This document shows, piece by piece, positions 41,173 through 51,717 of a stretch of 64,000 bases of DNA. The notes below the pieces were generated by a model. That model was not told the DNA's origin. It did no database searches and saw only the letters and a list, made by a program, of their open reading frames with translations. Origin of the DNA: an uncultured Coxiellaceae bacterium (GTDB taxonomy: Bacteria; Pseudomonadota; Gammaproteobacteria; DSM-16500); contig CAZKUQ010000001.1 in the NCBI GenBank assembly GCA_964555965.1, positions 35,669 to 99,668 of the forward strand. The letters are read 5' to 3'. The translations under genes were made by a program, and so were the position numbers. The stretch's first letter is position 1. Each line of letters starts with the position of its first letter.

Positions 41173-42144
41173 ATGATTAATCCTCTTCAAAAAAAAGCAA
41201 TCAGCACTTTATTATTTCATTGTGGCAATTTGAATATAGAAGATCGCGCTCTTATTTTGTGCGACTCAAGTACACGACCGATAGCTGAAGCTTTTGTTAA
41301 TGTAGCAAATGAGGCTGATCATCAGATAAAACTGCTGGAAATACCGCCATTATCTAATCATGGTGCAGAACCGCCAGCTGATGCAGTAGATGCAATGCAG
41401 GCATCTACTTTAATACTCAGTCTTTGTAAATATTCATTAGCTCATAGTAAGGCGCGAATAAATGCTGCAAATGCAGGCGCACGTTTTCTTAGCCTACCAT
41501 TATATGATTGGAATCTTTTAGAAGATCAAAGCTTGCATATCGACTTCAAATCGCAAGCTAATTTAGTGCGAAAATTTTCGCAAGCATTTACTGACGGAAA
41601 AACTGTTCGCGTAACAACAGCTGCAGGAACGGATATCACACTTGGTATTACTGACCGGATTGGTAATTATTGTCCTGGATTTGTTGAGCGTCCGGGTGAT
41701 TTAGGTTCCCCACCTGATATCGAAGCAAATGTGTCGCCAATAGAAGATGGTTCAGAAGGAATTATTATTATTGATGGTTCAATTACGCATCCTAATTTTG
41801 GCTTGCTAGAAAAACCGATTGAACTGATCGTGCATAACGGCCGTATTGTTGAATTTCGTGGTAATAAAAATCAAGTTGCTATGCTTAATGAAATGTTTGG
41901 AACATTGGATTCGCCACGAAGAGTGTTAGCTGAATGTGGTGTAGGACTTAATCCTGCAGCGAAGTTAACTGGCATCATGTTAACTGATGAAGGCGCGTTA
42001 GGTTGTATGCATTTTGGTTTTGGTGCTAATCATACTGTTGGTGGTAAAAATAAAGTGGATTTTCATTTGGACTTTGTTTTCCATGATGCAACGCTGCAAG
42101 TAGATGGCCAAACTTTACTTCAATCTGGAATACCTCAATTATGA
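41173..42144 (+). CDS. Aminopeptidase T (M29/COG2309)-like protein
   Basis: The patterns ANVSPIEDGSEG, IIIDGSI, ECGVGLNP and GCMHFGFG resemble the thermophilic-aminopeptidase family. Tentative. Confidence 0.4.
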   Translation: MINPLQKKAISTLLFHCGNLNIEDRALILCDSSTRPIAEAFVNVANEADHQIKLLEIPPLSNHGAEPPADAVDAMQASTLILSLCKYSLAHSKARINAANAGARFLSLPLYDWNLLEDQSLHIDFKSQANLVRKFSQAFTDGKTVRVTTAAGTDITLGITDRIGNYCPGFVERPGDLGSPPDIEANVSPIEDGSEGIIIIDGSITHPNFGLLEKPIELIVHNGRIVEFRGNKNQVAMLNEMFGTLDSPRRVLAECGVGLNPAAKLTGIMLTDEGALGCMHFGFGANHTVGGKNKVDFHLDFVFHDATLQVDGQTLLQSGIPQL

Positions 42145-43658
42145 ACACACAGATCAGATCATTTATTGCAGATTTTGCAAAGTTGGTAGCATATCAACCT
42201 GATAAAATTGCATTATTAGACGGAAATGGAAGAACTGTTACTTATGTTGGATTAGCAAATCAAATTGAATGCGCACAAGCATGGTTAGCAACAATCGGTT
42301 TACAACCAGGCGATACATTAATAGCATTAATGCCAAATGCAATTGAAACAATCATACTTTTTCTCGCATGTTTACGAGGTGGTTACACTTATGCGCCTAT
42401 GCCTTGCACAGCTACGCTTGCAGAAGTAACTCGTTGGAAAAAATTAACTCGAGCAAAATTTTGCATCATAGCAAACTCTGTGAGCACACAAGCACAAGAA
42501 CAAGTGAAGCAGCTAGATTGGCAAATTTATAGTGTTGAAATTGGTATGAAAGACATGTCGTGGCCTGCTAATGGTCATGCACAAGCTATCAGCGGAGGAC
42601 GTTTAGTGATGGCATCCAGTGGCTCAACTGGCGAACCCAAAGCAATGTTGCTAGATGTAGATCGACTCTGGTCGGCCGGTAAGGCATTTCTCCGTTACCA
42701 TCAAATAGAAACAGGCGATATTCGATTTTGGAATTATCTTCCCATGTCTTATCTGGGGGGACTGTTTAATTTAACTTTAATTCCACTCGCTGCAGGCGGC
42801 AGCATTTATGTTGATGAAGCATTTAGCGGTAAAACTTTTTTGATTTTCTGGGCAACGGTAGAACGTTTTAAAATTAATAGTTTGTGGTTAGTTCCAACTA
42901 TTTTGCGTGGATTATTGGCACTATCGAATCGAGTTGGTCAAGTGATGCAACGACCGAATATTAATTTTTGTTTTCTTGGTACTGCTCCTGTTTCACTTGA
43001 AGAGAAACAAAAATTATCACAAATTTTTGGCGTACAACCGCTCGAAAATTACGGATTAAGTGAAACAACTTTTATTAGCAGTGAACATACTCAACATCTT
43101 GCCTTACGCAGACAAAGTAGTGTTGGAACAATCATGCCAGATGTTTCACTCAAGTTAGTCCCTATAGAGCAAGAAATTTCTGCGACTGAGATTTGGGTTC
43201 GTACACCATATATGATGCTTGGTTATTTAGATCAACAAGGAAATATCGAATTGCCAGTTGATGTAGATGGTTATTTACCGACAGGAGATTGTGGTCAAGT
43301 AGTCGATGGTCAATTACAGTTATCAGGACGGCGAAGAGATATCATCAAGAAAGGTGGAATTTTAATTGCTTTACGTGAAATTGAGCTAGTAGCAGAGTCT
43401 TATCCTGAAGTAGCAGAAGCAATAGCAGTGAAAGTTGACCATAGTTTTTATGGTGAGAGTAGCGTTCTTTATGTTCGAGCGCATCAGCCGATTTCTAATT
43501 CAGAACAATTTATTTCAAGATTAGGAAAATGGTTACATGAGCAATTAGTTCGACATAAGTGGCCTGAGAACATCGTATATTGCGATGAATTTCCTCGTAC
43601 ATCGAGCGGTAAGATAAAGAAACATCTTTTAGGCGCAAGGAGTGAGGCGCATGCATAG
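42141..43658 (+). CDS. AMP-dependent synthetase/ligase (adenylation enzyme)
   Basis: SSGSTGEPKA (A3 core), YGLSET, TGD and the C-terminal SSGKIKK lysine motif. ATGA overlap with the upstream gene. Confidence 0.8.
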   Translation: MNTQIRSFIADFAKLVAYQPDKIALLDGNGRTVTYVGLANQIECAQAWLATIGLQPGDTLIALMPNAIETIILFLACLRGGYTYAPMPCTATLAEVTRWKKLTRAKFCIIANSVSTQAQEQVKQLDWQIYSVEIGMKDMSWPANGHAQAISGGRLVMASSGSTGEPKAMLLDVDRLWSAGKAFLRYHQIETGDIRFWNYLPMSYLGGLFNLTLIPLAAGGSIYVDEAFSGKTFLIFWATVERFKINSLWLVPTILRGLLALSNRVGQVMQRPNINFCFLGTAPVSLEEKQKLSQIFGVQPLENYGLSETTFISSEHTQHLALRRQSSVGTIMPDVSLKLVPIEQEISATEIWVRTPYMMLGYLDQQGNIELPVDVDGYLPTGDCGQVVDGQLQLSGRRRDIIKKGGILIALREIELVAESYPEVAEAIAVKVDHSFYGESSVLYVRAHQPISNSEQFISRLGKWLHEQLVRHKWPENIVYCDEFPRTSSGKIKKHLLGARSEAHA

Positions 43659-44883
43659 TGAAGCGAGATCAATCAGCTATACGGAAATGCCACTTAGTCA
43701 TAAAGTGCAAGAAATAGCTGGTGCGTTGTCTATTTATATTAACCAATTAGTTTATGATCTCAAACGCATGCAGCGTGACATTATTACTTTGTCATTAGGC
43801 GAATCTTTTTTTGAAATTCCTTATTTTGATTTTCGACAATTAGATTTTAATCGGGGTTATCATTATTCAGATACGCGCGGGATTCCTGCTTTGCGTGAAA
43901 AAATAGCTCATTATTATAATAATCGCTATCATGCCCGTGTTTCTGCAGACGATGTGATGATTTCTGCTGGTTCTAAGGCAATTATTTATATTGCTATGCA
44001 AGCACTTATTAATCCAGGCGAAGAAGTCATCATACATGAACCTGCTTGGTTAAGTTATAAAGAGCAGGCACATTTAGTTGGTGCAACTGTTCGATTTATT
44101 CCATTCGATCATTCATGTGATCAATTCAGTGAACATTTTAGTGATAAAACTCGAATGCTGATACTGAATAATCCTAACAATCCTGCTGGACGTACTTATA
44201 GCTGTGAAGAATTACTTGATATTTATTATCAATGTCGACGCCGTAATATTTGTTTATTAATTGATGAAGCCTATAGTGATTTTGTTTTGGATAATTCATT
44301 TTTTTCAATGACAAATCTAATACCAAATCTTGATGGCATCATTATTACAAATTCATTGTCAAAAAATATGGGAATGTCAGGTTGGCGCATTGGTTATGCC
44401 CTCGCAGAAAAAAAAGTGTTAGATGCAATGCTCAAACTTAATCAACATTTAATCACATGCGCACCAACTATTCTTCAACTTTATCTGGCCGAATATTTTG
44501 ATAACATTCTTGGATATACTTTATCGCAAGTAAAAGAAGTGGTAGAAAAGAGAAAACGAATTGCAAAACGCATGGATGAATTAGGTATATCCTATTTGCC
44601 AGGTAGTACCACTTTTTATTTTTTTATAAAGACCGGTGATTATGCTGGAAATATACATGATCTTGCGCTTTATTTATTACTCGAAAAAGGCATTTCAGTT
44701 GTTCCTGGATCAGCTTATGGTAATACGACAAGCAATTTTTTACGTATGTCAATTGGTACTGAATCTGAAGAAAGAATTGATCAAGCATTATTAATATTAC
44801 GTGATACTTTATCAGCTCATCCAATAGATAGTGTTCGTACGCATGCTGAATTAGCTAGATTAAATTTACCAGAATTTGAATAA
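43651..44883 (+). CDS. Class I/II PLP-dependent aminotransferase
   Basis: NNPNNPAG and SLSKNMGMSGWRIGY (PLP lysine). ATG 43651 is preceded by AAGGAG; the ORF track start is GTG 43642. Confidence 0.75.
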   Translation: MHSEARSISYTEMPLSHKVQEIAGALSIYINQLVYDLKRMQRDIITLSLGESFFEIPYFDFRQLDFNRGYHYSDTRGIPALREKIAHYYNNRYHARVSADDVMISAGSKAIIYIAMQALINPGEEVIIHEPAWLSYKEQAHLVGATVRFIPFDHSCDQFSEHFSDKTRMLILNNPNNPAGRTYSCEELLDIYYQCRRRNICLLIDEAYSDFVLDNSFFSMTNLIPNLDGIIITNSLSKNMGMSGWRIGYALAEKKVLDAMLKLNQHLITCAPTILQLYLAEYFDNILGYTLSQVKEVVEKRKRIAKRMDELGISYLPGSTTFYFFIKTGDYAGNIHDLALYLLLEKGISVVPGSAYGNTTSNFLRMSIGTESEERIDQALLILRDTLSAHPIDSVRTHAELARLNLPEFE

Positions 44884-44896
44884 GTAAATCTTAAAT

Positions 44897-45757
44897 ATGA
44901 ATGGCGTAGAAGTAAAAAAGACTTATCCAGCTGATTTCGAAAAAATTTATCCTATTTTACAAAATTTTAATTCTCCGTATTCCAAAGAGGACTGGAAGAA
45001 AATTTTTTTATATAGTTGGGATGGAGCTGAAGATTACGTAGGTTTTCATTTAGAAAACAAAAGTGAAGTGGTTGGATTTATGGGATTAATATTTTCATGC
45101 AGGAACAAAGATAATGCGCAATATAAATTTTGCAACATTACTTCATTAATCGTTAAAGATAATTATCGAGCGGCTACTATATTACTGATACGAAAATTGA
45201 AATCATTTAACGATACGATTTTTACAGGTTTAAGTCCTATTCTCGAATCTTACCGCCTTTTAAGTATCGTGGGTTTTACTCCTTATGAAAATTATTACAA
45301 GATAATACCAACTATTACTTATTTATTTGGTAAAAAGAATAAAGTGAATATTTATGAATTGCCTATGTTACTGGATAAAGTTGATGCTGAAAACAAGCGT
45401 ATTGTAATTGATCATGCCAATCTAAAATGTAATAGCATATTGTTTGATTTCGATGGTCATTATTGTTTATTAATCTATAAAATTACAAAACAAAATCACT
45501 ATTACATGCCTGTCAAAAAAGTGCATATTCTTTATATTAGCAATTTGACTTTATTTAATGAGAAAAAAAGTTCTATTTTACGTATTTTTAATCGCCGATT
45601 TGGATTCTTAACGGCAATGTACATCGATAATCGTTTTTTAACAGAGAAAAATTTTATTTTGTCTTTAACCAGAAAAATATCACCGCCACGAATAAGTTTT
45701 AATCCTTATCATCAAGTTGATATTGATGAATTGTATTCTGAGGCTGTGCTATTGTAG
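44897..45757 (+). CDS. Hypothetical protein with GNAT-like N-terminal domain
   Basis: VVGFMGLIF...ITSLIVKDNYRAATILLIRKL resembles the GNAT beta4-alpha3 region. Weak. Confidence 0.35.
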   Translation: MNGVEVKKTYPADFEKIYPILQNFNSPYSKEDWKKIFLYSWDGAEDYVGFHLENKSEVVGFMGLIFSCRNKDNAQYKFCNITSLIVKDNYRAATILLIRKLKSFNDTIFTGLSPILESYRLLSIVGFTPYENYYKIIPTITYLFGKKNKVNIYELPMLLDKVDAENKRIVIDHANLKCNSILFDFDGHYCLLIYKITKQNHYYMPVKKVHILYISNLTLFNEKKSSILRIFNRRFGFLTAMYIDNRFLTEKNFILSLTRKISPPRISFNPYHQVDIDELYSEAVLL

Positions 45758-45811
45758 CTATTAAAATAAACCAGTTTAATAAGAAGATTTAAATAATTTT
45801 AAGGATAAAAT

Positions 45812-46909
45812 ATGAATAAGCAACAATATGAACGTTTAGCTGGTATTTCTTTTAAATCGAATGAAGGTATTCTTGAGTTACAAAATCGTTCAAAAGATAA
45901 AAAAGAATGTAAAATTTTACTTATTGGTGGTGCTGGTTATATTGGATCTGTCGTCACTAAACATTTATTAGAATGTGACTATAAAGTGCGTTGTTTAGAT
46001 TTATTATTATATGAAAATAATGAGTGTGTCATCCCTAGTTTAATGAATGAAAATTATGAATTTATCTATGGCGATTTTACAAATCCCAAAACAGTAGATC
46101 ACGCTTTAGTTGGCATAACAGATGTTATTATTTTAGGAGGTTTAGTAGGCGATCCGATTACGAAGAAATATCCTGAAATTTCACAGATAATTAACCATTC
46201 TGGTATGTTAAATTTAATCCATTTGCTAAATGGAAAAGGTCTCAATAAAGTAATTTTTATTTCAACATGTTCCAACTATGGAATAGTCGCGAATAATAAT
46301 TTAGCAGACGAAAATTGTGAATTATCGCCTCTTTCATTATATGCAAAAGCAAAAGTGGCAGTTGAAGAACATTTGAGTTCCTTGCGTGGAAAAATAGACT
46401 ATAGTCCAACCGTACTTCGTTTTGCTACGGCTTTTGGCCTTTCTCCCAGAATGCGATTTGATTTAACAGTCAATCAATTTACACGTGAACTATATTCAGG
46501 TGAAGAAGTATTGGTATACGATCCTGAAACTTGGCGACCATATTGCCATGTAAAAGATTTTTCTTTAGCTTTACAGCGCGTACTGGAGTCACCTTTAGAG
46601 TTAGTTAATTTTGAAGTATTTAATGCTGGAGGTGATAAGAATAATTTTACCAAAAAAATGGTTGTCGATACGGTAAAAAAATTTATTCCACAGGCAAAAA
46701 TACGATTTCAAGAGAAGGGTTCCGATCCTCGAGATTATCGTGTTAGTTTTAAAAAAATACGCGAGGTACTTCATTTCGAGCCAAAATATAGTGTTTCTGA
46801 TGGAATAGCAGAAATTATTAAAGCATTAGATCAAAAAATATTTAACAATGTTTCGCAGCGGATTAATTTTTACGAAAACAATCAAATTAATTATGCAAGT
46901 AACCTATGA
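45812..46909 (+). CDS. legB: NAD-dependent nucleotide-sugar 4,6-dehydratase/epimerase (LegB-like)
   Basis: ILLIGGAGYIGS and YAKAK motifs. Heads a block containing all the other legionaminic acid genes. Confidence 0.55.
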   Translation: MNKQQYERLAGISFKSNEGILELQNRSKDKKECKILLIGGAGYIGSVVTKHLLECDYKVRCLDLLLYENNECVIPSLMNENYEFIYGDFTNPKTVDHALVGITDVIILGGLVGDPITKKYPEISQIINHSGMLNLIHLLNGKGLNKVIFISTCSNYGIVANNNLADENCELSPLSLYAKAKVAVEEHLSSLRGKIDYSPTVLRFATAFGLSPRMRFDLTVNQFTRELYSGEEVLVYDPETWRPYCHVKDFSLALQRVLESPLELVNFEVFNAGGDKNNFTKKMVVDTVKKFIPQAKIRFQEKGSDPRDYRVSFKKIREVLHFEPKYSVSDGIAEIIKALDQKIFNNVSQRINFYENNQINYASNL

Positions 46910-48096
46910 TGTCATTATTAAATGAAATAGTTCATAAAATTAAAACTGTACTTTCATATTCTCCTCATTTTATTGCTCTGCATGAACCATACTTTGATGG
47001 GAATGAATGGGAATATGTTAAAGAATGTTTGGATACTGGGTGGGTATCATCCGTTGGCAAATTTGTTGATCGATTCGAGCAAGATTTAGCAAATTTCACC
47101 GGTGCAAAATATGCTGTTGCAACTGTCAACGGAACTGCTGCATTGCATATTTGTTACTTACTTGCTGGAGTCAAAACTGGAAATGAAGTGTTAATTCCTA
47201 CATTATCATTTGTAGCCACAGCTAATGCTCTTTCTTATTGCGGTGCTATTCCGCACTTTATTGAAGCTGAAGATAAATTTCTAGGAATAGATGTTAATTT
47301 GTTGGATCAATACCTAAACGACATCACGGAAATAAAAAATAATGTGTGCATTAATAAATTAACAGGTCGTCATATTCAAGCTTTATGTGTTATGCATACT
47401 TTAGGTCATCCAGTTGATCTTGATCGCATTGTTGAACTTTGTAAAAAATATCATCTCACTTTAATTGAAGATGCTGCAGAAGCTTTAGGTTCTTATTATA
47501 AAGGAATACATGTTGGTCATCGCGGATTAGTAGGAGCATTAAGTTTTAATGGAAACAAAATTATTACAACTGGTGGTGGTGGAGCAATTTTAACAAATGA
47601 TGCTAACATTGCTAAACAAGCCAAACACATGACAACAACTGCAAAATTACCACATCCTTGGTTATTTGAGCATGATAAAGTTGGCTATAATTATCGTTTA
47701 CCAAATATCAATGCAGCATTAGGATGTGCCCAACTCGAACAATTGCCAAAATTTTTAAATACAAAACGGTTACTTGCTAAAAAATATAAAAATATTTTTC
47801 TAAATTTACAAGGCCTAAGATTTATTCAAGAACCAGATTACGCAAAAAGTAATTATTGGCTAAATGCTTTATTACTTGATTCGTCTTTTGAGGATTCTAG
47901 AGATTCATTGTTAGAATTACTGAATAAAAGTAATGTCATGTCGAGACCGATTTGGAATTTATTACATACCTTGCCAATGTATAAAGACTCGCCTCGAATG
48001 ACATTATCTGTTGCAGAAGCTTTGCATAAACGTTTAATTAAAATTCCTAGCAGTGTCATATTAGGAACGACACATTCAAAAAGTGAAGCATCATGA
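46906..48096 (+). CDS. legC: DegT-family aminotransferase (LegC-like)
   Basis: HEPYFDGNEWEYVKECLDTGWVSSVGKFVDRFE N-terminus is typical of LegC-type enzymes. FNGNKIITTGGGG carries the PLP lysine. ATGA overlap. Confidence 0.75.
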   Translation: MMSLLNEIVHKIKTVLSYSPHFIALHEPYFDGNEWEYVKECLDTGWVSSVGKFVDRFEQDLANFTGAKYAVATVNGTAALHICYLLAGVKTGNEVLIPTLSFVATANALSYCGAIPHFIEAEDKFLGIDVNLLDQYLNDITEIKNNVCINKLTGRHIQALCVMHTLGHPVDLDRIVELCKKYHLTLIEDAAEALGSYYKGIHVGHRGLVGALSFNGNKIITTGGGGAILTNDANIAKQAKHMTTTAKLPHPWLFEHDKVGYNYRLPNINAALGCAQLEQLPKFLNTKRLLAKKYKNIFLNLQGLRFIQEPDYAKSNYWLNALLLDSSFEDSRDSLLELLNKSNVMSRPIWNLLHTLPMYKDSPRMTLSVAEALHKRLIKIPSSVILGTTHSKSEAS

Positions 48097-49010
48097 TGGA
48101 ATGTTTGATTATAGGATATGGCTCAATTGGTAAACGACATGCGCAAATTCTAAAAAATTTGGGATGTATGATTAGCATAGTCACCTCCCAAAAAATAGAT
48201 GACCAACCTTGTTATCTTAGTATCAAAGAAGCATTTAAAAAAAAATCATTTGATTATGTAATAATTGCGAATCCAACTTATTTGCATCACAGTGCGTTAG
48301 TTCAGCTAATTGAATGTGATTATCAAGGATTTGTACTAGTTGAAAAACCATTATTTTCTCAAATTGAACATTTACCAAAAAATAAAATAAAAAAAATTCT
48401 CGTGGCTTATAATTTACGTTTTCATGAATTACTCATCCAAACAAAAAAATTAATTGAAAATCAAAAAATAATTACATTTTCTGCTTATGTTGGACAATAT
48501 TTACCGACCTGGAGAAAAGGAACTGATTATAGAAACTGTTATTCTGCAAAAAAAGAACAAGGTGGTGGCGTACTTCGAGATTTAAGTCATGAACTAGATT
48601 ATGCATTATGGTTTTGTGGGCCATGTTTAAATGTGACAGCAATTGGTGGACATTTTAGTGATCTAGAAATTAATAGTGATGACACTTATTCTATCATGAT
48701 GAAATGTACCCAATGCCCTATTGTTAATATCCAGATTAATTATTTAGATCGATGTACAAGACGTGAAATTACGATCAACACGGAACAACATACTATCTTG
48801 ATTGATTTTATAAAGGGAACATTAAGTATAGACGGAGAAATAAAAACTCAGTATTCGGGTGAGATGAATCAAACCTATATCAAACAGCATCAAGCGGTTA
48901 TGAATAACAATTTTGATGGTTTTTGTCATTATTCTGATGGGTTATCTGTCATGAAATTAATTGATACTGTAGAAAAGGCTTCGACTGCTCAAACATGGAT
49001 GAATTTATGA
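48093..49010 (+). CDS. Gfo/Idh/MocA-like oxidoreductase (PtmF-like)
   Basis: CLIIGYGSIGKRHA Rossmann N-terminus and a VEKP motif. The position mirrors ptmF of Campylobacter Leg loci. Confidence 0.55.
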   Translation: MMECLIIGYGSIGKRHAQILKNLGCMISIVTSQKIDDQPCYLSIKEAFKKKSFDYVIIANPTYLHHSALVQLIECDYQGFVLVEKPLFSQIEHLPKNKIKKILVAYNLRFHELLIQTKKLIENQKIITFSAYVGQYLPTWRKGTDYRNCYSAKKEQGGGVLRDLSHELDYALWFCGPCLNVTAIGGHFSDLEINSDDTYSIMMKCTQCPIVNIQINYLDRCTRREITINTEQHTILIDFIKGTLSIDGEIKTQYSGEMNQTYIKQHQAVMNNNFDGFCHYSDGLSVMKLIDTVEKASTAQTWMNL

Positions 49011-49711
49011 AAGTAGTATGTACGATTTGCGCACGTGGTGGTTCAACAGGTGTAAAAAATAAAAATATTCGTAGCTTACGAGGCAAACCTCTTATTGCGC
49101 ATAGTATTATTCAAGCCAAAAAAACTAATTTATTTCCATTAATTGTGGTAAGCAGTGATTCGCCAAAAATTCGTGCTATTTCGAGTAAATGGGGAGCAAA
49201 TTATGTTATTCATAGACCTGCAGAACTAGCAACGGCGAGCATTTCAAAACTTCCTGCGATACAACATGCGGTTTTAGAAACTGAACGCTTTTATAATGAA
49301 AAATTTGATTACGTTATTGATCTGGATGCAACTGCACCATTGCGAACAATTGATGATATTGTAACGTCATTCAATATGTTGATTGAACATCCAGATGCAG
49401 ATAATCTGGTGACTGCTTGTCCTGCTAGAAAATCTCCTTATTTTAATATGCTTGAAGTAGATTCAAACGGCTTTGCATGTTTAGTAAAAAAATCCGAAAA
49501 GCTAATTCATAGACGTCAAGATACGCCTTCATGTTATGACATGAATGCTTCTATTTATATATGGAAACGAAAAACATTATTTGATTCGAAAAGTGTTATT
49601 ACGGATCGAACGCTTCTATATGTCATGCCTGAAGAACGTTCTATTGATATTGATACTATGTTAGATTGGACTTTCGTAAAGTTATTGGCAAAAAGTAGAA
49701 AGGATTTGTAA
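49007..49711 (+). CDS. legF: N-acylneuraminate-type cytidylyltransferase (CMP-legionaminic acid synthetase, LegF/NeuA-like)
   Basis: CTICARGGSTGVKNKNIR and LDATAPLR motifs. ATGA overlap at ATG 49007. Confidence 0.75.
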   Translation: MKVVCTICARGGSTGVKNKNIRSLRGKPLIAHSIIQAKKTNLFPLIVVSSDSPKIRAISSKWGANYVIHRPAELATASISKLPAIQHAVLETERFYNEKFDYVIDLDATAPLRTIDDIVTSFNMLIEHPDADNLVTACPARKSPYFNMLEVDSNGFACLVKKSEKLIHRRQDTPSCYDMNASIYIWKRKTLFDSKSVITDRTLLYVMPEERSIDIDTMLDWTFVKLLAKSRKDL

Positions 49712-50532
49712 TGACTAGGTATCAAAATTTATTTAGATTAGATGATAAAGTTGCTGTGGTGACAGGAGGCGCAGGGATTTTAGGTGCCGAATTTTGCAAT
49801 GCACTTTGTGATTTAGGTGCAACCGTCGCTTGTTTTGATATTCATGAACAATCACTGCATAAAGTTGTGACGGAATTGCAAAATAAATATGGGAAAGATA
49901 AAGCGGCAGGTTTTTTATGTGATGTTTCTGATACTCAATCTGTTAATCAAGCTGTCAATGACGTTATTAAATGTTTTTCAAGAATCGATATTTTATTAAA
50001 TAACGCAGCAACCAAAACTAACGATATTAATAATTTTTTTACACCTTTTTCAGATTTTTCGTTGGATATTTGGCGCGAAGTGATGGCAGTTAATTTAGAT
50101 GGTATGTTTTTAATGGCACAAGCAGTTGGAAAACACATGATTGAAAGACGTCAGGGTACAATTGCGCAAACTGCATCAATATACAGTTTAATGGCGCCGG
50201 ACAATCGTATTTATGAAGGATCTCATTATTTAGGCCGTGAAATAAATACACCTGCAGTTTATACGGCTTCCAAAGCGGGTGTCATTGGGCTAACTAAACA
50301 TTTAGCGACATTATGGGCTGATTATGGAATTCGTGTTAATTCATTATGCCCAGGCGGTGTATCGAGTGGTCAAAATGATGTATTTGATAAAAAATATTCT
50401 GCCAGAGTTCCCATGGGTCGAATGGCACAAAAAATAGATATTGTTGGACCGATGATGTTTCTAGTCAGCGATGCATCGCAATACATGACTGGACAAGTGC
50501 TTTATGCAGATGGTGGATTATCTGCATGGTAA
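49711..50532 (+). CDS. Short-chain dehydrogenase (PtmA-like)
   Basis: VAVVTGGAGILG, NNAA, YTASK and PGGV motifs. Confidence 0.65.
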   Translation: MTRYQNLFRLDDKVAVVTGGAGILGAEFCNALCDLGATVACFDIHEQSLHKVVTELQNKYGKDKAAGFLCDVSDTQSVNQAVNDVIKCFSRIDILLNNAATKTNDINNFFTPFSDFSLDIWREVMAVNLDGMFLMAQAVGKHMIERRQGTIAQTASIYSLMAPDNRIYEGSHYLGREINTPAVYTASKAGVIGLTKHLATLWADYGIRVNSLCPGGVSSGQNDVFDKKYSARVPMGRMAQKIDIVGPMMFLVSDASQYMTGQVLYADGGLSAW

Positions 50533-51701
50533 ATATAAAAAAAAGAAAAATAGCTGTTGTTACCGGAGCGCGAGCAGAATATGGATTGCTTCATTGGCTC
50601 ATGCGAGAAATTCAAGAAGATCCTGAACTCGAGTTGCAAGTCATTGCAACAGGTATGCATTTATCGCCTGAATTTGGATTAACTTATCAATTTATTGAAG
50701 CGGATGGATTTACGATTGATGCGAAAGTAGAAATGCTATTATCAAGTGATACTGCTATAGGCACAGCAAAATCAATCGGTTTAGGTATTATTGGATTTAC
50801 CGATGCGCTTGCTAAACTCATCCCTGATATGATTGTTTTACTAGGCGATCGATTCGAAGCATTAGCGGTTGCACAAGCTGCTCTCGTTCAAAAAATTCCA
50901 TTGGCTCATATTCATGGTGGAGAACTTTCAGAAGGCGCGATAGATGATGCTATTCGGCATTCGATTACTAAAATGTCTCATTTACACTTTGTTGCTGCAG
51001 AACCTTATCGAAAAAGAGTGATTCAATTGGGTGAAAATCCTGAAAGAGTATTTAACGTAGGTGCACCAGGTTTAGAACGAATTGAAAGAACAAAACTATT
51101 GAAGCGTAAAGAATGGGAAAAAAAAGTAGGCTTTTCTTTAGGAAAAATAAATTTTTTAGTTACTTATCTTCCTTCTACTCTGGATACAAAAGACGATATT
51201 ATTACACTGGAAGCATTATTTAACGCGCTTGATAAATTTCCAGAAGCTAAAATTATTTTCACAAAAGCTAATTCTGATGAATTAGGAAGATTGATTAATG
51301 CGAAAATAGATGAATATGTATCGCATAATGCAAAACGAGCTGCTTCGTATGTTACTTTAGGCGATTTAAATTATTTAAGCTTATTACAATTTGTCGATGT
51401 TGTTATTGGAAATTCTTCGAGTGGTTTAATCGAAGTACCTTATTTTAAAAAGCCAACCATCAATATTGGCAACCGTCAGTCCAATCGCTTAAGAGCTTCC
51501 TCAGTGATTGATTGTTCTGGAAATAAAAATGAAATTGTAGATGCAATCAAAAAAGCTTTGTCGAATGAATTTAAAAAAACATTAGAAAATACGATTTCAT
51601 CTTATGATCAAGATAAAACTGCAAATAAAATTAAAACAATTATTAAAAATATTGATCTCGAAAAAATTCTAATAAAACGTTTTAATGATTTGTCTATGTG
51701 A
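50526..51701 (+). CDS. legG: Hydrolysing NDP-2,4-diacetamido-sugar/GlcNAc 2-epimerase (NeuC/LegG)
   Basis: KIAVVTGARAEYGLL...ATGMHLSPEFG...LGDRFE...HIHGGE motifs of the NeuC family. Confidence 0.8.
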   Translation: MVNIKKRKIAVVTGARAEYGLLHWLMREIQEDPELELQVIATGMHLSPEFGLTYQFIEADGFTIDAKVEMLLSSDTAIGTAKSIGLGIIGFTDALAKLIPDMIVLLGDRFEALAVAQAALVQKIPLAHIHGGELSEGAIDDAIRHSITKMSHLHFVAAEPYRKRVIQLGENPERVFNVGAPGLERIERTKLLKRKEWEKKVGFSLGKINFLVTYLPSTLDTKDDIITLEALFNALDKFPEAKIIFTKANSDELGRLINAKIDEYVSHNAKRAASYVTLGDLNYLSLLQFVDVVIGNSSSGLIEVPYFKKPTINIGNRQSNRLRASSVIDCSGNKNEIVDAIKKALSNEFKKTLENTISSYDQDKTANKIKTIIKNIDLEKILIKRFNDLSM

Positions 51702-51717
51702 AAAGGTGTTTCAAAAA

